Shown one piece after another: positions 26,400 through 40,331 of a stretch of 64,000 nt of DNA. Source of the stretch: Octopus vulgaris (taxonomy: Eukaryota); the NCBI GenBank assembly GCA_951406725.2, contig OX597818.1, forward strand, positions 132,866,001 through 132,930,000, in the 5' to 3' direction. Below the pieces are notes generated by a model, which saw nothing but the letters and a program-made list of their open reading frames with translations, searched no databases and was not told the DNA's origin. Within the stretch, counting starts at the first letter, position 1. The number at the start of each line of letters is the position of its first letter. The translations under genes and the position numbers were made by a program.

Positions 26400-26785
26400 G
26401 AATTAAGATACATGAATTTAGATGCATGAGTTTGCGTGGTGTCGAGAAAGTTAACTGATTTAGGACGTGTTTTTGCTGTGATGGAGATTCCTAGGTTTTT
26501 GAAGAACAGATTCAGCTTTTCGTGCTTTCAAGTTTCTTAGAAGTAGACCGTCGTCTCTGTAGAGACCTCCTAAACCAAAGAAGAATTTTACGTGTAGTGT
26601 TGGTGACATCACCTCTATCGCGTCCTTTGATCTCATGCTAACACCGAATGGTTCTTTAATGTTTTTTTTTCAATCCAGTATGCATTGTTGTGAAATAGAA
26701 ATGATTTCCCGGCTTGTAATAGTATATGTATTTCTGTATCTCTAATTGCTGGCAGTGATGTGGTAAAATTTAAAACAGTCATGAG
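26400..26785 (-). mobile_element. Penelope-like reverse-transcriptase fragment
   Basis: KSFLFHNNAYWIEKK followed by catalytic GLYRDDGLL (reverse complement of gaagtagaccgtcgtctctgtagagacc). Confidence 0.8.
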
Positions 26786-26799
26786 TATTGATTCTAATA

Positions 26800-27000
26800 T
26801 TGGTTTCAAATATTGACACAGGGTCAGCAATGTTTAGCGGTGGAGTACGTCGATTACATCGACCCCAGTGTTTTATCCGCCACGACAGGATGAAAAGTAA
26901 AGTCAACCTCGGTGGAATTTGAACTCAGAATGCAAAGGCAGACGAAATGCTGCTAAGCATTTTGCCCGGCGTGCTATCGATTCCGCCAGCTCGCTGCTTT
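26800..27000 (-). mobile_element. SINE family A, diverged
   Basis: aaagtcaacctcggtggaatttgaactcagaa...cccggcgtgcta. Confidence 0.82.
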
Positions 27001-27081
27001 TGATACTAGTTTTAATGCTGAAGTTTACGTAATAATCTTAGCTGTTACACTGAAAGAAATTAAACTTATTTTTATGTGGGA

Positions 27082-27445
27082 CTAGCAGTATCGTCCGGCG
27101 TTGCTCGGGTTTGTAAGGGAAATAAATATATAAGCATTTTTAGAGAGTTATAGCCAAAAATTAGCAAAAAAATGCATTAAAAATGGAAAAAAAAATTATG
27201 GTAAATTTTTTTTTAAATTGTTGACTCATCATAGACATTTTTAGAGAGTTACTTCCCTTATATAATAGCGAAAAAATGCATTAAAATGGAAAAAATGATG
27301 GTAAATTATTTTAAAAATCGTAGACTTATCGTAGACGCGACTATAAGATACCTGGTTTTGGTTACACTGCACCGCAAAATGTGGGAGTAGTTAGGAATCT
27401 AAATCGTAGGAGACAGACACACAACTTGACTATTATATATAAAGA
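27082..27445 (-). mobile_element. Non-autonomous Helitron
   Basis: Minus strand a|TCTTTATATATAATAG...cccgagcaacgccgga cgatactgCTAG|t; internal ~110 bp duplication; AT target, no TSD. Confidence 0.78.
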
Positions 27446-28599
27446 TGTGCTGTATATGTGTTACTCCAGAAAGGTAATGTTGAATCTGGTTTTATTATTT
27501 TTTTTTTGCATGAATGTATTGATGATTTTCTTGCTAATGACACCAAATTCAGATTTTGAAGGGTTTATACACACACACACACGCGTGTGCATGCACACAC
27601 ACGCACGCACACAAACACGCACACACAAACATATACATCACTGTATCGGCCAGGCTATTGTAGCTTTCGAATGATGCCACCCCACTGGCAAGGTAGGTAA
27701 GCAGGCAAATAATTCTGAACGGAAAGTCAGTCTCTTGTACGGTTAACCATTTGCTGCTGAGTGGATTGGCAGAACGTGAAAGGGAATGTAAGATCACCAT
27801 GAAAGTTACAAGATTAAAGGGCCCCCTCGAATGAGTGGGTGTATGATATAGAGGTATGTGGCTTTATGTGAACTGTTGAGAGGTTAAAAGAGCAGGAATA
27901 GATTTGTAGTTTGTCGAGAACATACATGGCTACTCCTCATTATATGAGGTTGAGTGTACATAGAGGGAAATCAAAACGGAGAGAAAGATGGTAAAGACAA
28001 GGAGCCAGGGTGTACCTTCTAGGTATAAGAAGGTGAATAGACGAAAGTATGAAGATGAAACATCGTGAAGGGTGATAGATAAAGGTTGCAAAAGTTCGAG
28101 AGATTGTGAGATGATTAAAAATAGCTATAAGGGTGAGGTGAAAGTAGTGAATGGTGAACAAGGGCAGAGTGGTGAGTCATAAATATGAGTGAAGGGATGT
28201 CTTGAGAAGTGGTTCGAGGTGATGCCTGGGAGTTTCGGATGGGTGATGAACGGCAGAATAATGCAGTGGCTGGGGAGAGATAAAGGGTTAAGAGTTAGGA
28301 GGATAAGGAGATGGAGCTAGAAAAATAAGGATAGAGGGAGAGAGTCTAAAGATAGATACGAAAATGGTCAAAGGTTGAATGTTGCGAGTGGTGAACAATG
28401 GTGATGGGAGGCTATGGCTAGTTAAGAAACGATATTAAGAGGGATAGGCGTCAGAAGGGATTGGTTCAGCGTGTGGTAGGAGAGGTAACTATTTGAACAG
28501 ACAGGGATAATGGTTTATTTTGTTCTGCTCTCATTTAGTTACAGCAACAACAATGCAATCAAAAGAATGAAGGAATGAGTGATGTGATATGAGGGACTG

Positions 28600-30290
28600 G
28601 AGGAGAACATCTTTTACCACTTTATCATATTTTCCTGGGCCTTCATCTTCCACAGCAAACATCCACTGTAAACATTTAGCACCTCTTTATGCAGCCACCC
28701 TCGTCCATACTCACAGCATGTTCACACCAATGCAGTTTTCTCTCTAGCACACTCCATCTAATTTCTCTTACGCTCAGTTTTTCGCTTAGTACATTTGTTC
28801 TCCATCATTCATGCTCACTTCGTTGGATATGCATGTTGCATATCCAACGAAGCATCCTAGTTTCCTTTCTTTCTAGTCTTCTCAAATGGTCCACACTAAG
28901 GGCCCACATCTCACTATCATGTATCCTTGCATTTAGTGCACAACTGTCATACAAACTGCCTTTCACACTGACAGAGGAAGCTTTATTACCAACAGCAGTA
29001 ATAGCTCCCTGAACTTTCTCCAGTCTGTTCTTATACTGTCTCCTATGTTTTCAAAACATCTTCTACGGTTAAATAGGTCACCTAGGTAAGAGAAACTACC
29101 TATTACTTCTAGAGATCTTCATGGGTATTTAAAAAAAATCTATTTTCCACACTCCTTTAATGTTATTGCTACAATGTATTTCTCACATACAAAGATTACT
29201 TTCTCTGTTAATCTGCCTCTGATTCCACTGAATTTCTTGTGTATCATAGTTTGCATTGAGTATATCCTTTGATATTCCTGCCTACTCTTTTTCAAGATAT
29301 AAAATAAGGCCATTTCATTGACTAATGTAGGATGTTCTTTGTTTTCCTTCTAACTAGAGTTAGTTTTTGCTATATTAACTTTGAGGTTTTTTGGTTCTAG
29401 GTTTTGCTCCAGCACTTGGAATTTATTTTCTTATTCTACTACAGACAACTATAAGAAGGATGATTTCAGCATAAAGGAGTTTCCACAGGCATTATTTGTT
29501 TTCAGGCACGTAAAAACACCATCCGTTTGTGGCCGCTTGCCAGCTCTGTCTGGCACCTGTGCAGGTGGCACATAAAAAGCACCCACTACACTCACGGTGT
29601 GGTTGGCGTTAGGAAGGGCATCCAGCCGTAGAAACACTGCCAAATCTGACTGGGCCTGATGAAGCCTTCCGGCTTCACAGACCCCCAGTTAAACCGTCCA
29701 ACCCATGCTAGCATGGAAAACGGACGCTAAATGATGATGATGATGATGATGAACTCTGTCATGGCTGGGAGGACTATGATAAGTAGGCAAGTACTGAAAA
29801 GAGCCCTGATGGACTCTAATCACCACAACAAATTCATTGCTGTACTCATTATTAAATCTCACTTCATTAATAGCACTTTTTTTACATGGCTTGTATGGCT
29901 CTCACGAAATATTCATCTACTCAGCTTCTCCTCAGTGGAAGGGACTCTGTAAAAGGCTTTTTGCTAGTCGTTAAATACTTATTACAATATATTATTCTTA
30001 GTTGCACACATCCCTTGAGGTTACTTCACTGAGAAGAAGGCACCAGTAGTGCTTCTTCCTGGCACAAAACTGAACTGCATCTCATCTAGGCTAATTCTCT
30101 TCCTACTCCATTGAGTGATAGCAATTTCTATAACTTGCATGATATAATCTAGCTATTTGATACCTCTTGTAATTACCCTTCTCTAAGGCATCACATTTAA
30201 TCTTGACAGTTAACAATGATGCTGCTATGCCAGTCATTGGGCATGACACCTTCCTGTGCAATCTGATTGGTCATTTGAGTGACTAGTCAG
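28600..30290 (-). mobile_element. RTE-clade LINE remnant, interrupted by the element at 29503
   Basis: EGVMPNDWHSSIIV, LDEMQFSFVPGRSTT, LEVIGSFSYLG, LRRLERKETRMLRWIC in broken frames. Confidence 0.82.
29503..29751 (+). mobile_element. SINE-like family D 3' part with (GAT)n tail
   Basis: ggttggcgttaggaagggcatccagccgtagaaa and aacccatgctagcatggaaaacggacgctaaatgatgatg. Confidence 0.75.
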
Positions 30291-30319
30291 TATCCTACAC
30301 CACCAGATATGTACATAGA

Positions 30320-30354
30320 GAAAGAGAGATAGACAGAGATAGAGACAGACAGAC

Positions 30355-30405
<51 letters not shown>

Positions 30406-30500
30406 TAGATAGAGGGAGTGATAGAGAGATAGATTGATTGATAGATAGATAGACAGAGATAGAGACAGATAGATAGATAGATAAAGAGATAGATAGATAT

Positions 30501-30556
<56 letters not shown>

Positions 30557-30606
30557 GTAGATAGATAGATAGGTAGATAGGTAGATAGATAGACAGAGAT
30601 AGAGAC

Positions 30607-30705
<99 letters not shown>

Positions 30706-30712
30706 TAGATAA

Positions 30713-30743
<31 letters not shown>

Positions 30744-30755
30744 TAGATAGATATA
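30320..30755. repeat. (GATA)n/(GA)n/(TA)n compound microsatellite
   Basis: Directly visible. Confidence 0.95.
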
Positions 30756-32864
30756 TGCCCTGACAAACATCTCTCATTATGTGTGTGGGGGGTTGTGTGT
30801 GTGTGTGTGGGGGTGTACATGCAAGCATACAGGTGGTAAACAATGAAGAGAAAATAGCACTTAAATACTGAAAGTAGAGTAACGGTATTTTATCAAAGCT
30901 AAAAAGACTCTAAGGAACAGTTTGCGAAGTCCTTTCAGCTTCAATAAAACACAACAGATATATATATATACACACACACACACACGTGTGTGTATGTGTG
31001 CATGCGTGTGTGTGTGTGTATACTTACTCACACATACACACAATGCTTACATCCCCTGACTTAACCAGCCTATTGTCCCGTGTCACTCGCCCTACACTGT
31101 GTTTTTTTCCATGCGTCTTTTTTTTTTTACACCAATTAATAACCTTCAACAATTCAAACAAATTATTTAATCTCACTTACTTAACTGAAACATTCCCACC
31201 CTTTCACATGAGGGTGGTTTTTGCAACTGATAACAGTAAATAAAAATATAAAGGCTTTTAAAAATTATTAATATATATTTTGATTTATTTTTTGACCTGC
31301 TATTAACCCCTTAATCTTTATTCACCTCTTTTTGGAATCTCATTAACTAAAGTTGATTGATATTGATCACTGTAGGGAATCCCAACTTTAAGCATATGTT
31401 AATATTTTATACACTTAACCAATAATATAGTTTTTTAGGGTTTTTTTCCATTATTTTTTTTTTACATGTTCTGATCTTGGCTCAATAGGATACAGAATTT
31501 TGTTGGTTTTTTTTTTTTATATATTATTTTAAAGGTTTTATAGGGAAGGGTATATATGTGTTTGGAGGGAAATGGGGATGATAAATACTTTGCATAGAAG
31601 AGGAAACTCTATTTTTATATTCAAAACATTTCATACATTTTAATATTTTGTGTTGCTTTGTAACTAAAATATGTTGATACACACTCTTTAGATAATCAAC
31701 TGAGAGAAAAATGTATCCCAATGATATTAATAAATTTCTTTGGCATTTTTACTGCTAAATATTTTAGTTGAGTTTCAATGCTACTAATATTTGCAAACAG
31801 GATCAAAAGATTTGCCACCTTACTCAAATTTAAGTGATATGGCATATTAAACAAATAGCAAACTTAACATTAATTAAAATTTAAAAATACACTTTTAGTT
31901 ATAAAATATTTAAAATTTTAATCACATTTTTAACAGATAAAAAGTTTCTAAAACTTATGGTATTAATAAGACCAGAAGTTAGTAAATGAGCATATCTTCT
32001 GAACAGCATGTTGCAAAAACTAAAATAAGTAGATATGTGATGTATCACCAACAAAACAAAAAAAAATATTTTAAGAAATTTATCATTACATTTGGAAGAA
32101 AAACTTTTTTTAATGTTAGGTCTTTTTTAATATTTTAAAAACAAATTATTATAAAGCAAATCAAAAATATTAAACTAATTTTATTTAAGCCTTCATAAAA
32201 CCAATCTTCTCATTATCTTGGTAATCTTAAATATTTGTTTTTTTCTTATGCCATAGCAAACTGATGTGCTGTATCCTTCCTCTGTTACTTCTACCATTAC
32301 TAAAATATTTCCTGCTCCTCTGAAATAACAAGCTTTGCAGCAAGCAGTGTACCGTTTCTCTTCTTTTCCATCATCCCCTACTGTATCTTACCCCCAAAAT
32401 GCCGCATTATTTATGTAATCCCAATCTTTATTCCCTGAACTACTACCCTCAACTATTCCTTCCTTTCTCCTTTATAAATATCAGCTTGAAATTTACACTG
32501 AACATTAACCACATTGGATGCTCAAAACAGAGAGCAACCACATATTCCTTGGGCACTGCATCTCCACCATAGATTAAACTTATAAGAAGAAGGATAAATC
32601 AAGTAATAAAGTCCTAAGTACACTACGATTTGAAAAGATAGTTATAAACAAAATCTCTTTGTTTTCTCAAGACTGTTGTCAAGCTAAACAAGTAGATATT
32701 TTTTGTATACTACATTTACTCTACATTGTATAGCACAAGCAGTTAGCTCTAAGTACACTGCTTCTTATCGCAGAAACAACTGTAAACTAATGAAGCTGAT
32801 TATGTAATTCCTGTTCCATTGTCATTCAATAACATATGTGTGTATCTGTGTGTGTGTGTGTGTA

Positions 32865-33025
32865 TGGCAGGTTTCTTTCAGTTTCCATCTACTAAATCCA
32901 CTCAAGGCTTTGGTTGATTCAAAGTTATAATAGAAGACACTTGACCAAGCAGCCATGAAGTGGGACTGAACCCGGAACCATGTGATTGTTAAGCAAGCTG
33001 CTTACCACACACCCACTCCTGCACC
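32865..33025 (-). mobile_element. SINE family B 5' half, diverged
   Basis: gggactgaacccggaaccatgtg...taccacacacccactcctgcacc. Confidence 0.8.
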
Positions 33026-33189
33026 TAAGAAATATCTTACAGGAAGAATTTTAGTGCATGTTGTAGCCAAAAGAGGTTTGGCTGTAGCAAAAGGTCGTAT
33101 TTTACTAACCAAGACCAGGTTTGCTGTCTTTGATTCACTAGAGTATAAAGTGTTCTTTTTTTTTATACGTTTTTAATTTTAGAATATCT

Positions 33190-33420
33190 ACTAAGGTGGT
33201 AATCAGGCAGGATCGATACTGTGTTGGAAAATGCCTAACAGTTTTTATTCCAGCTTTACGTTTTGAGTTTAAATGCTGCTGAGGTCGACTTTACCTTTCG
33301 TCTTTTCAGGGTTAACAAAATAATACCAGTCGAGCACTGGGGTCGATGTAATCGATTTACGCCCAAACCCGCCCCCTAAGATTGCTGACTTTATGCCAAA
33401 ATTTGAAACTAATATTAGAG
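33190..33420 (+). mobile_element. SINE family A, diverged
   Basis: gaggtcgactttacctttcgtc...cactggggtcgatgtaatcga. Confidence 0.7.
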
Positions 33421-33671
33421 TATCTACAATTATAAACTTGGTTGTGTATTTATATGTAAAACTACATATTTTTTTCTTCCCCATCCTGCAAGTGGCGGGG
33501 GGGGAGAGACAGCAAAACGAAACATAGCTACAGCGGGAGCGTGAAGGATGAAAGGCAGGTGCTAGATGAGGTGGAGTAAAGATTGAGACAGCGTGCAAGA
33601 GGGAGAAATGATAGTGCAAAATGAAAAAAGTAAAGAATGCTACGAGATGATGAAATCTCACACGCCTATAT

Positions 33672-34045
33672 AGGCTGTGTGGTAAGTAGCTTGCTAACCA
33701 GCCACATGGTTCCGGGTTCAGTCCCACTGCGTGGCATCTTGGGCAAGTGTCTTCTGCTGTAGCCCCGGGTCGACCAATGCCTTGTGTGTGGATTTGGTGG
33801 ACGGAAACGGAAACTGTGTGTGTGTATGTGTGTGTGTGTGTGTGTGTTTGTGTGTCTGTGTTTGTCCCCCTAGCATTGCTTGACAATCGATGCTGGTGTG
33901 TTTACGTCCCCGTCACCTAGCGGTTCGGCAAAAGAGACCGATAGAATAAGTACTGGGCTTACAAAGAATAAGTCCCGGGGTCGATTTGCTCGACTAAAAA
34001 GCGGTGCTCCAGCATGGCCGCACTCAAATGACTGAAACAAGTAAA
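33672..34045 (+). mobile_element. SINE family B
   Basis: ggctgtgtggtaagtagcttgc to gactgaaacaagtaaaa. Confidence 0.92.
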
Positions 34046-34091
34046 AAAAACAATGCGGACAAACACATGCACTAATATACATATATATGTG

Positions 34092-34632
34092 AGATACAGA
34101 AATAATTTATTCTCAAACGCATGATAATGCTAACACAAAAGCATGAACAGGCTAAACTATCCATATATTGTAGAAAAAAATCGTTACCGGCTAGCCATGA
34201 GACTCGAACTCACATCCCTGTGATTACGCGTAACGATTTTTTCTGCAATATATGGATAGTTTATCCTGTTCATGCTATTGTATTAGCATTATCATGCGTT
34301 TGAGAATAAATTATTTCTGTATCTTTCAATACATCTCAACGCTTCTAAAGCAAACTTTATTTACTTTCATCATAAGTTGAATTTAACGTTAGCGTCTTGT
34401 AAAGCTAAATTTATAAATCCTAAAATTGCAGAACAATTCGATACTGGGCAGTTTAGCTTAAAGGTAAAGCACTTGACGCATAATCACAGGTATGTGAGTC
34501 CAAGTCTCATCGCTGGCTGGTAACGAATTTTTCTGCCATATATGGATAGTTTATCCTGTTCATGCTATTGTATTATCATTATCATGCATTCGCGAATAAA
34601 CTATTTCTGTATCTTTCAATACATCTCAACGC
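34092..34632. repeat. 290 bp tandem repeat (~1.4 units) with inverted partial copy, tRNA-like segment and decayed hammerhead
   Basis: 34230-34342 repeats at 34520-34632; 34092-34187 is the inverted copy of 34230-34324; tRNA-like 34447-34519. Confidence 0.88.
34332..34379 (-). ncRNA. Degenerate hammerhead-like motif
   Basis: caactt ATGATGA aagtaaat-aaa-gtttgctt(t) AGAA GCG TT gagatg: stem II intact, core mutated. Confidence 0.45.
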
Positions 34633-34667
34633 TGTGTATGTGTGTGTGTGTGTGTATGTGTGTGTGT

Positions 34668-34701
<34 letters not shown>

Positions 34702-34739
34702 GTAATTCCGAGCCCCGAGAAACTGCAGTCGAACTTCAA

Positions 34740-34895
34740 AACCCGTACCTTTTCCCCTCGTGGGGAATGGGTTGTATGTAAATTTATTTCTTTTGTAAAT
34801 ACATAAATATCCATATTTAAATAAGTTGTACCTGTAATTCAAAGGGCCAGCCTTGTCACATTCTGTGTCAGGCTGAATTTCCCGGAGAAATACAG
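34740..34895 (+). mobile_element. SINE fragment sharing its 3' region with family C (second copy 35890-36112)
   Basis: gttgtacctgtaattcaaagggccagccttgtcacattctgtgtcaggctgaattt in both. Confidence 0.7.
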
Positions 34896-35730
34896 GGATA
34901 TATAAATATCTCTCCCTCTTTATATATGTGTATATGTATGTATCCTATATTTCATATCTGAAGCCCAAACGTGTTCATCTGCATCACTATCTCCATATCA
35001 GGTCACCTGGATTTCTCTTATAACCCCTCTGTAGATCCATTATTTAGTCAGAATCGTATACATATAAGATTCCACTACCATGTGAGTAAGTTCCAATAGT
35101 ATTTAAAATTGGTCATTCCAAGTATAGAGTTTGTACACAGTGCTGTTGAATCAAGAGTTTTATTTAAAGTGACCTAAAAGTAGGGAATGTATTTGTAAGG
35201 TCAAATAGAAAACGGGAAGAAAGGAATAAAGAAAAGAAAAAAGAAAAAAGAAGAAAAAAAATAAAGAAAGAAAGAAAAGGAAAAAGAAGCGAATAAAGAA
35301 AGGAATAAAGAGGAATAAAGAAAAGAAAAAAGAAAAAAGAAAATCAAGGAAGAGATAATAAAGAGATGAAAGAGGGAATCGTGTACTAGTTAGTGATCAG
35401 TCAAGATAAATTGATAGTATCAATGGGGGAGGTGAGGGTGATAGAGAGAGAAAGGTATGAGGGTATAAAAAGATGATAGGATAAAGAGTAAAGGAGTGTC
35501 AGATAGAAGGAATAAGGTTGATAGAGAAAGCGATATAATAGTGTAAAAAGTAAAGGAGTGTCAGGTATATAGTGGAACTTACAAGGTATTGGAATCTTAT
35601 ACGTTTACCATTCTAATGGATCTACAGATGCAATATCCCTGCATATCTCACATCTATTTTCACTCCTCCACTTCACTCCCTATTTCATATCTTATCTGAA
35701 TTAACGATTGCTTAACCGTGTTCTCACACC

Positions 35731-35778
35731 GTCTCTGATGAAGGGATATATAAAATATCCCGGAAACAGCTGTAAGAC
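35731..35778 (+). ncRNA. Minimal type I hammerhead ribozyme with intact core
   Basis: gtct CTGATGA a gggatat-ataaa-atatccc g GAAA CAGCTG TA agac; palindromic stem III; predicted cleavage after 35774. Confidence 0.85.
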
Positions 35779-36199
35779 CTATTTATAAATGTTCTAAAAT
35801 CTTTCACAGCCTTGGATTTTTAACTCGTTCTGAAAAAATTATATATATATAATATATGTATATATGTGTGTGTTTGTATTTGTATGTGGGAAGGCGTGTG
35901 GCTCAGTCGTTAGGTTATAGGGGTCAAAATTGTAAGGTGTGAGTTCGATACCCCGCGGCGCATTGTGTGTTTGAGTAAGACTCTTTATTTCATGTTACGC
36001 CAATCCACCCAGGGATCAAAAATAAGTTGTACCTGTTATTCAAAGGGCCAGCCTTGTCACATTCTGTGTCAGGCTGAATTTTCCTGAGAAATACATTAAG
36101 GTATACACGTGTGTGTGTGGACTGCATACATAAATACATACATATATACATACATATATATATATATATGTATGTATATATGTATGTATGTATATATAT

Positions 36200-36390
36200 T
36201 TCTATGCGTGTGTGTCTTTGTGTCTGTGCCTGTCCTCCCGCCATCGCTTGACAACCGATGGAGATGTGTTTACGTCCCCGCAACAAACGGTTTAGCAAAA
36301 AAGACCAGTAGAACAAGTACTAAGCTTACAAAGAATAAGTCCTGGGATCGATTGCTTCGACTAAAAACCCTTAGTAAAGGAATAAAAGAA
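36200..36390 (+). mobile_element. SINE family B 3' part, diverged
   Basis: atcgcttgacaaccgatg...gcttacaaagaataagtcctggg. Confidence 0.8.
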
Positions 36391-36690
36391 TGAATTATTC
36401 TTTTTGCATAAGTCTATACTAAATATATGGCATATCTGTTATGTTGATGCATTAAAAAAAAACGCCATTTACATCAAACTTTTTCTAAAAAGAAGTCTGT
36501 TTTTTACTGCACGAGGACACAAGTTAGTTATTATAAAAGTAGACCATGACTAGCATGCCGTATCTGGTTCACGCCAGTGATCCAATTGGCTATTCTTCTC
36601 CAGTATGGGCTTCTCAGTATTAAAGCCGGCTGTATTTATGGCATACATATTTTAATACCATGAGTGCGCACATGCATGCATGTATGTGTC

Positions 36691-36760
<70 letters not shown>

Positions 36761-37041
36761 TGAGCATGCGTATGCATGAGCCTGTGTGCATTAGCAAAAT
36801 TGTTTTTTTATGTGCTAAATATTTTCTCTTCGGATTTGTGTAGTAATTTAAATTTGCATATTTGGGTTGGAGTAAGGATTTACAGCTGGCTGCTGTTCCA
36901 TTGTGAAGGCTGTTTTCAGTCCATTACACAAATCAAATACATAACAAAATGCAGCAATCAAGCACAATAACTACAATCTATACATACATACATACATACA
37001 TACATACATACACACACACACTCATATATACATATATATAA

Positions 37042-37122
<81 letters not shown>

Positions 37123-37915
37123 CATGCATACATACTCACACACATACATACATATATATGTTTGTATCTGTATGTATAAACATGGATATTTATGTATGTA
37201 TATATTTTTTATTATATATATGTATATGTTATATATACATATTCTTTCTGTCCCATTTTCAATTTTTCCATTTTAAATATAAATTTATTTTCTCTCTATT
37301 TTTTCTACATTTTATAACGTTTTTTTTTAATTTTTCACAATATCTTTTTTTAGATTGACTATTTCCTTTATTTTATATATACCTTTTTTCTTTCTTTTTC
37401 AGCTTTTTTTTCAGTAACCTAGTTTTTTTATATTTCTATCGTTGATTCATTTCGCGTATGTATTATATTATCCCTTTTCTCCTGAAATTCATTAAACTGT
37501 TCTTGCGGAGTTTCTCTCCCCCCTCGACTCCCATTCTCACTTTCCCATCAATCTATATTTCATTTTCGTATCTTTCTTATTTATTTATTCTTTTGTTTTT
37601 AATCCATTTTTTATATTTTTATATTCATGTTTATATTTCTTATTCTTTTTTTCATATTTTTTTAATGTTTACCATATTAACTATTATCCTCTATGCATAT
37701 ATATGTATTTATTTTTGCCTTTTTTTTTATATTTCCTCTTTCCTTGTGTTAATTTTCTTTACCTCTAATCTACCTAACTCTTATCACATAATTGTCATTA
37801 TCACCGTTCCTTTAGATCGTCGACCCACATACATATAAATACATGAATATGTGTGCATTGGTGTGTAAGTATCTATGTACATATAGATAAATTTATGCAC
37901 TCTCTCCTCTCTTTT

Positions 37916-37999
<84 letters not shown>

Positions 38000-38003
38000 A
38001 TAC

Positions 38004-38046
<43 letters not shown>

Positions 38047-38099
38047 TGAAATTAGAATGTTTATGAGGCATATAACAAAATATATTTTAAAAATTATCA

Positions 38100-39570
38100 A
38101 ACAATAAAATAGCACATACCTATATTTAAACTAGCCCTCCAACTCATAGCAATATCAAAAGCGTGGTAAAACATATACCCCACAAAACTAAGATGGGATA
38201 ATAAATTAGATCATGTCGCTAAACGCGAAGCATATATCACAGTTAATGACCATAAAAGAAATAAAATCTGTTACTCTCAATGCAGATTAATTAAACCGCT
38301 AAACCCGACAGTGGATTAAAATGTAAGACAGTTTTAAGTAACAAATGTAAGAAACAATTAAAAGCATTCGTAAAACAGCTAAACCTTCAAACTGAATTAC
38401 AACATAGTAATTATTTGGTTCAACAATATTGATCATATAATTAACTCTAGGGCCACCCAATTTGATATTGTCGAATTTTAATCCTCAACATCTCAATTTC
38501 TGTCTATTAATGCTCTCGAATTCGTTGACATTTATAAAATTATAGGAGAAAATGGATAGAAATTAGCATGCTTATCATGAAAACCTCACTTTTTAACAAA
38601 AATTCCACCTGTTTAAAAATCAGGCTCAGCAAATTCTTTTTTCTCAAAAATAGAAACAGGTGACATTACAAGGATACATGATTTAACGGAGTAAATAGAT
38701 ACATTCTAGATTACTAAACAAGAAACTCAGTACAATATACATTGGTTTATACAGAGGTGATGGATTAGTTACATTCTAACATGATAACTGGTATATGATA
38801 ACTGGCATACTTAAGCCGCTTTAAAAAATTTTTGTTTGATGCACTTTAAAATTTCGGCCTAAAAGTTACCACAATATCTAATTTAATCATTGTCAATTTC
38901 TTACTCTCAATCATCTCCAGCTTCGGTCAGGCACCCTACCAAAATCTAATGAAAATCTTAAATGCAGAAGTACATTCTCCTGTTATTCACATTAAAGATT
39001 AATTCTATAAAGCAGTCTCCCTCCTTAACAAAGCCCTTAAAAAAGCAGGTTCAAAGATAAACTACATCTCAGACGCCCCACTTTTCCAAACTAAAAGTGA
39101 TGCAGAAACAGTAATTAAAAACGGAGGTACTTACCAGATAAGACCAATATTGCCAAGAAATTCTTACACTTTAATAATAAACATTTCACTATTATTCATA
39201 AGTATAGAAAAGTATGAATAATCTTTAAATCTTCTGACTATTTCATTACTAATATCATGAACATTATAACGCATAAACCACCCAAACCTGCCTTGGTCTA
39301 CTGTGCATGCAGGAATATTAGAATGTACTCATGTATCCATTCATGTAATGCTAAGGTAACTGGATACTTAGTGAAAGTTACCGCCGCCAAAGCAAGCCTG
39401 AAAATAATACACAAACACTACATAGGTATGACTAAAGGAAATTTCAAACAACGGTAGTATAACTATACTTTCCCTTGATATAGAAAGCGAGAAATGTAAC
39501 GAGACTACCAAATTATATATATCTGATACATGAAAAACAGAGACTATCAAGTGAAAGCTAATTGAATGAT
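38100..39570 (+). mobile_element. Penelope-like element remnant (RT plus GIY-YIG)
   Basis: KREAYITVNDHK, CRLIKP, QFDIVEF, and HYIGMTKGNFKQR. Confidence 0.8.
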
Positions 39571-39734
39571 AGCGACAAAGAAAAGGGGATTGAGTGCGAG
39601 ATATATGTACGGTTCAGAAGAGTTTTCTTTAAATCTTCAGAATTCTACTGAATGGGTTCTTCATGCCTCCATACACATATATTTATGTAATTATGAGCAT
39701 GCAGGATATACACATACACAAAATGCGCGCGTGC

Positions 39735-39785
<51 letters not shown>

Positions 39786-40143
39786 CTCTTCTCGTGCATA
39801 TAAAATCTATCATCAGTCAGTAATATATATATCGCATTTCCTTTTTTTTATATTAATTTCATTTTCTATACTGTTATACTTTGTTAATTTTTTTTATTTT
39901 TTAATTTCAAAATACGTTTATGAATATTCTATTTCTTATATTTTCTCTTCTTTTTGTATTCTTCATCCTCTCAATTTTCTGAAATTTTTCATACTAACTA
40001 GATGTCCCTTTATAACGATTTTCCAGTTGTAAATAACAGGAAATCTACTTTTGAAATTTCCTAACTTGCGTGGGTTCAGTAATTGCTACGACGAATGCTG
40101 ATAAATCGAACAAGAAACCCAGAGTAACATATACGCATGTTCG

Positions 40144-40195
<52 letters not shown>

Positions 40196-40285
40196 ACAAG
40201 CTAGTGGAAACACCGCTCTCCGGACTGTTTTCTTTTTATCAAGTAGAATTACATTTCCAGTGTTTTGGTTCTTAATATAAGATAC

Positions 40286-40331
<46 letters not shown>

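Noticed and set aside
34447-34519. Possible tRNA gene (CAT at the anticodon position)
   Set aside because: Acceptor, anticodon and T stems are mismatched and it lies in a repeat unit; treated as tRNA-derived. The same applies to the SINE heads
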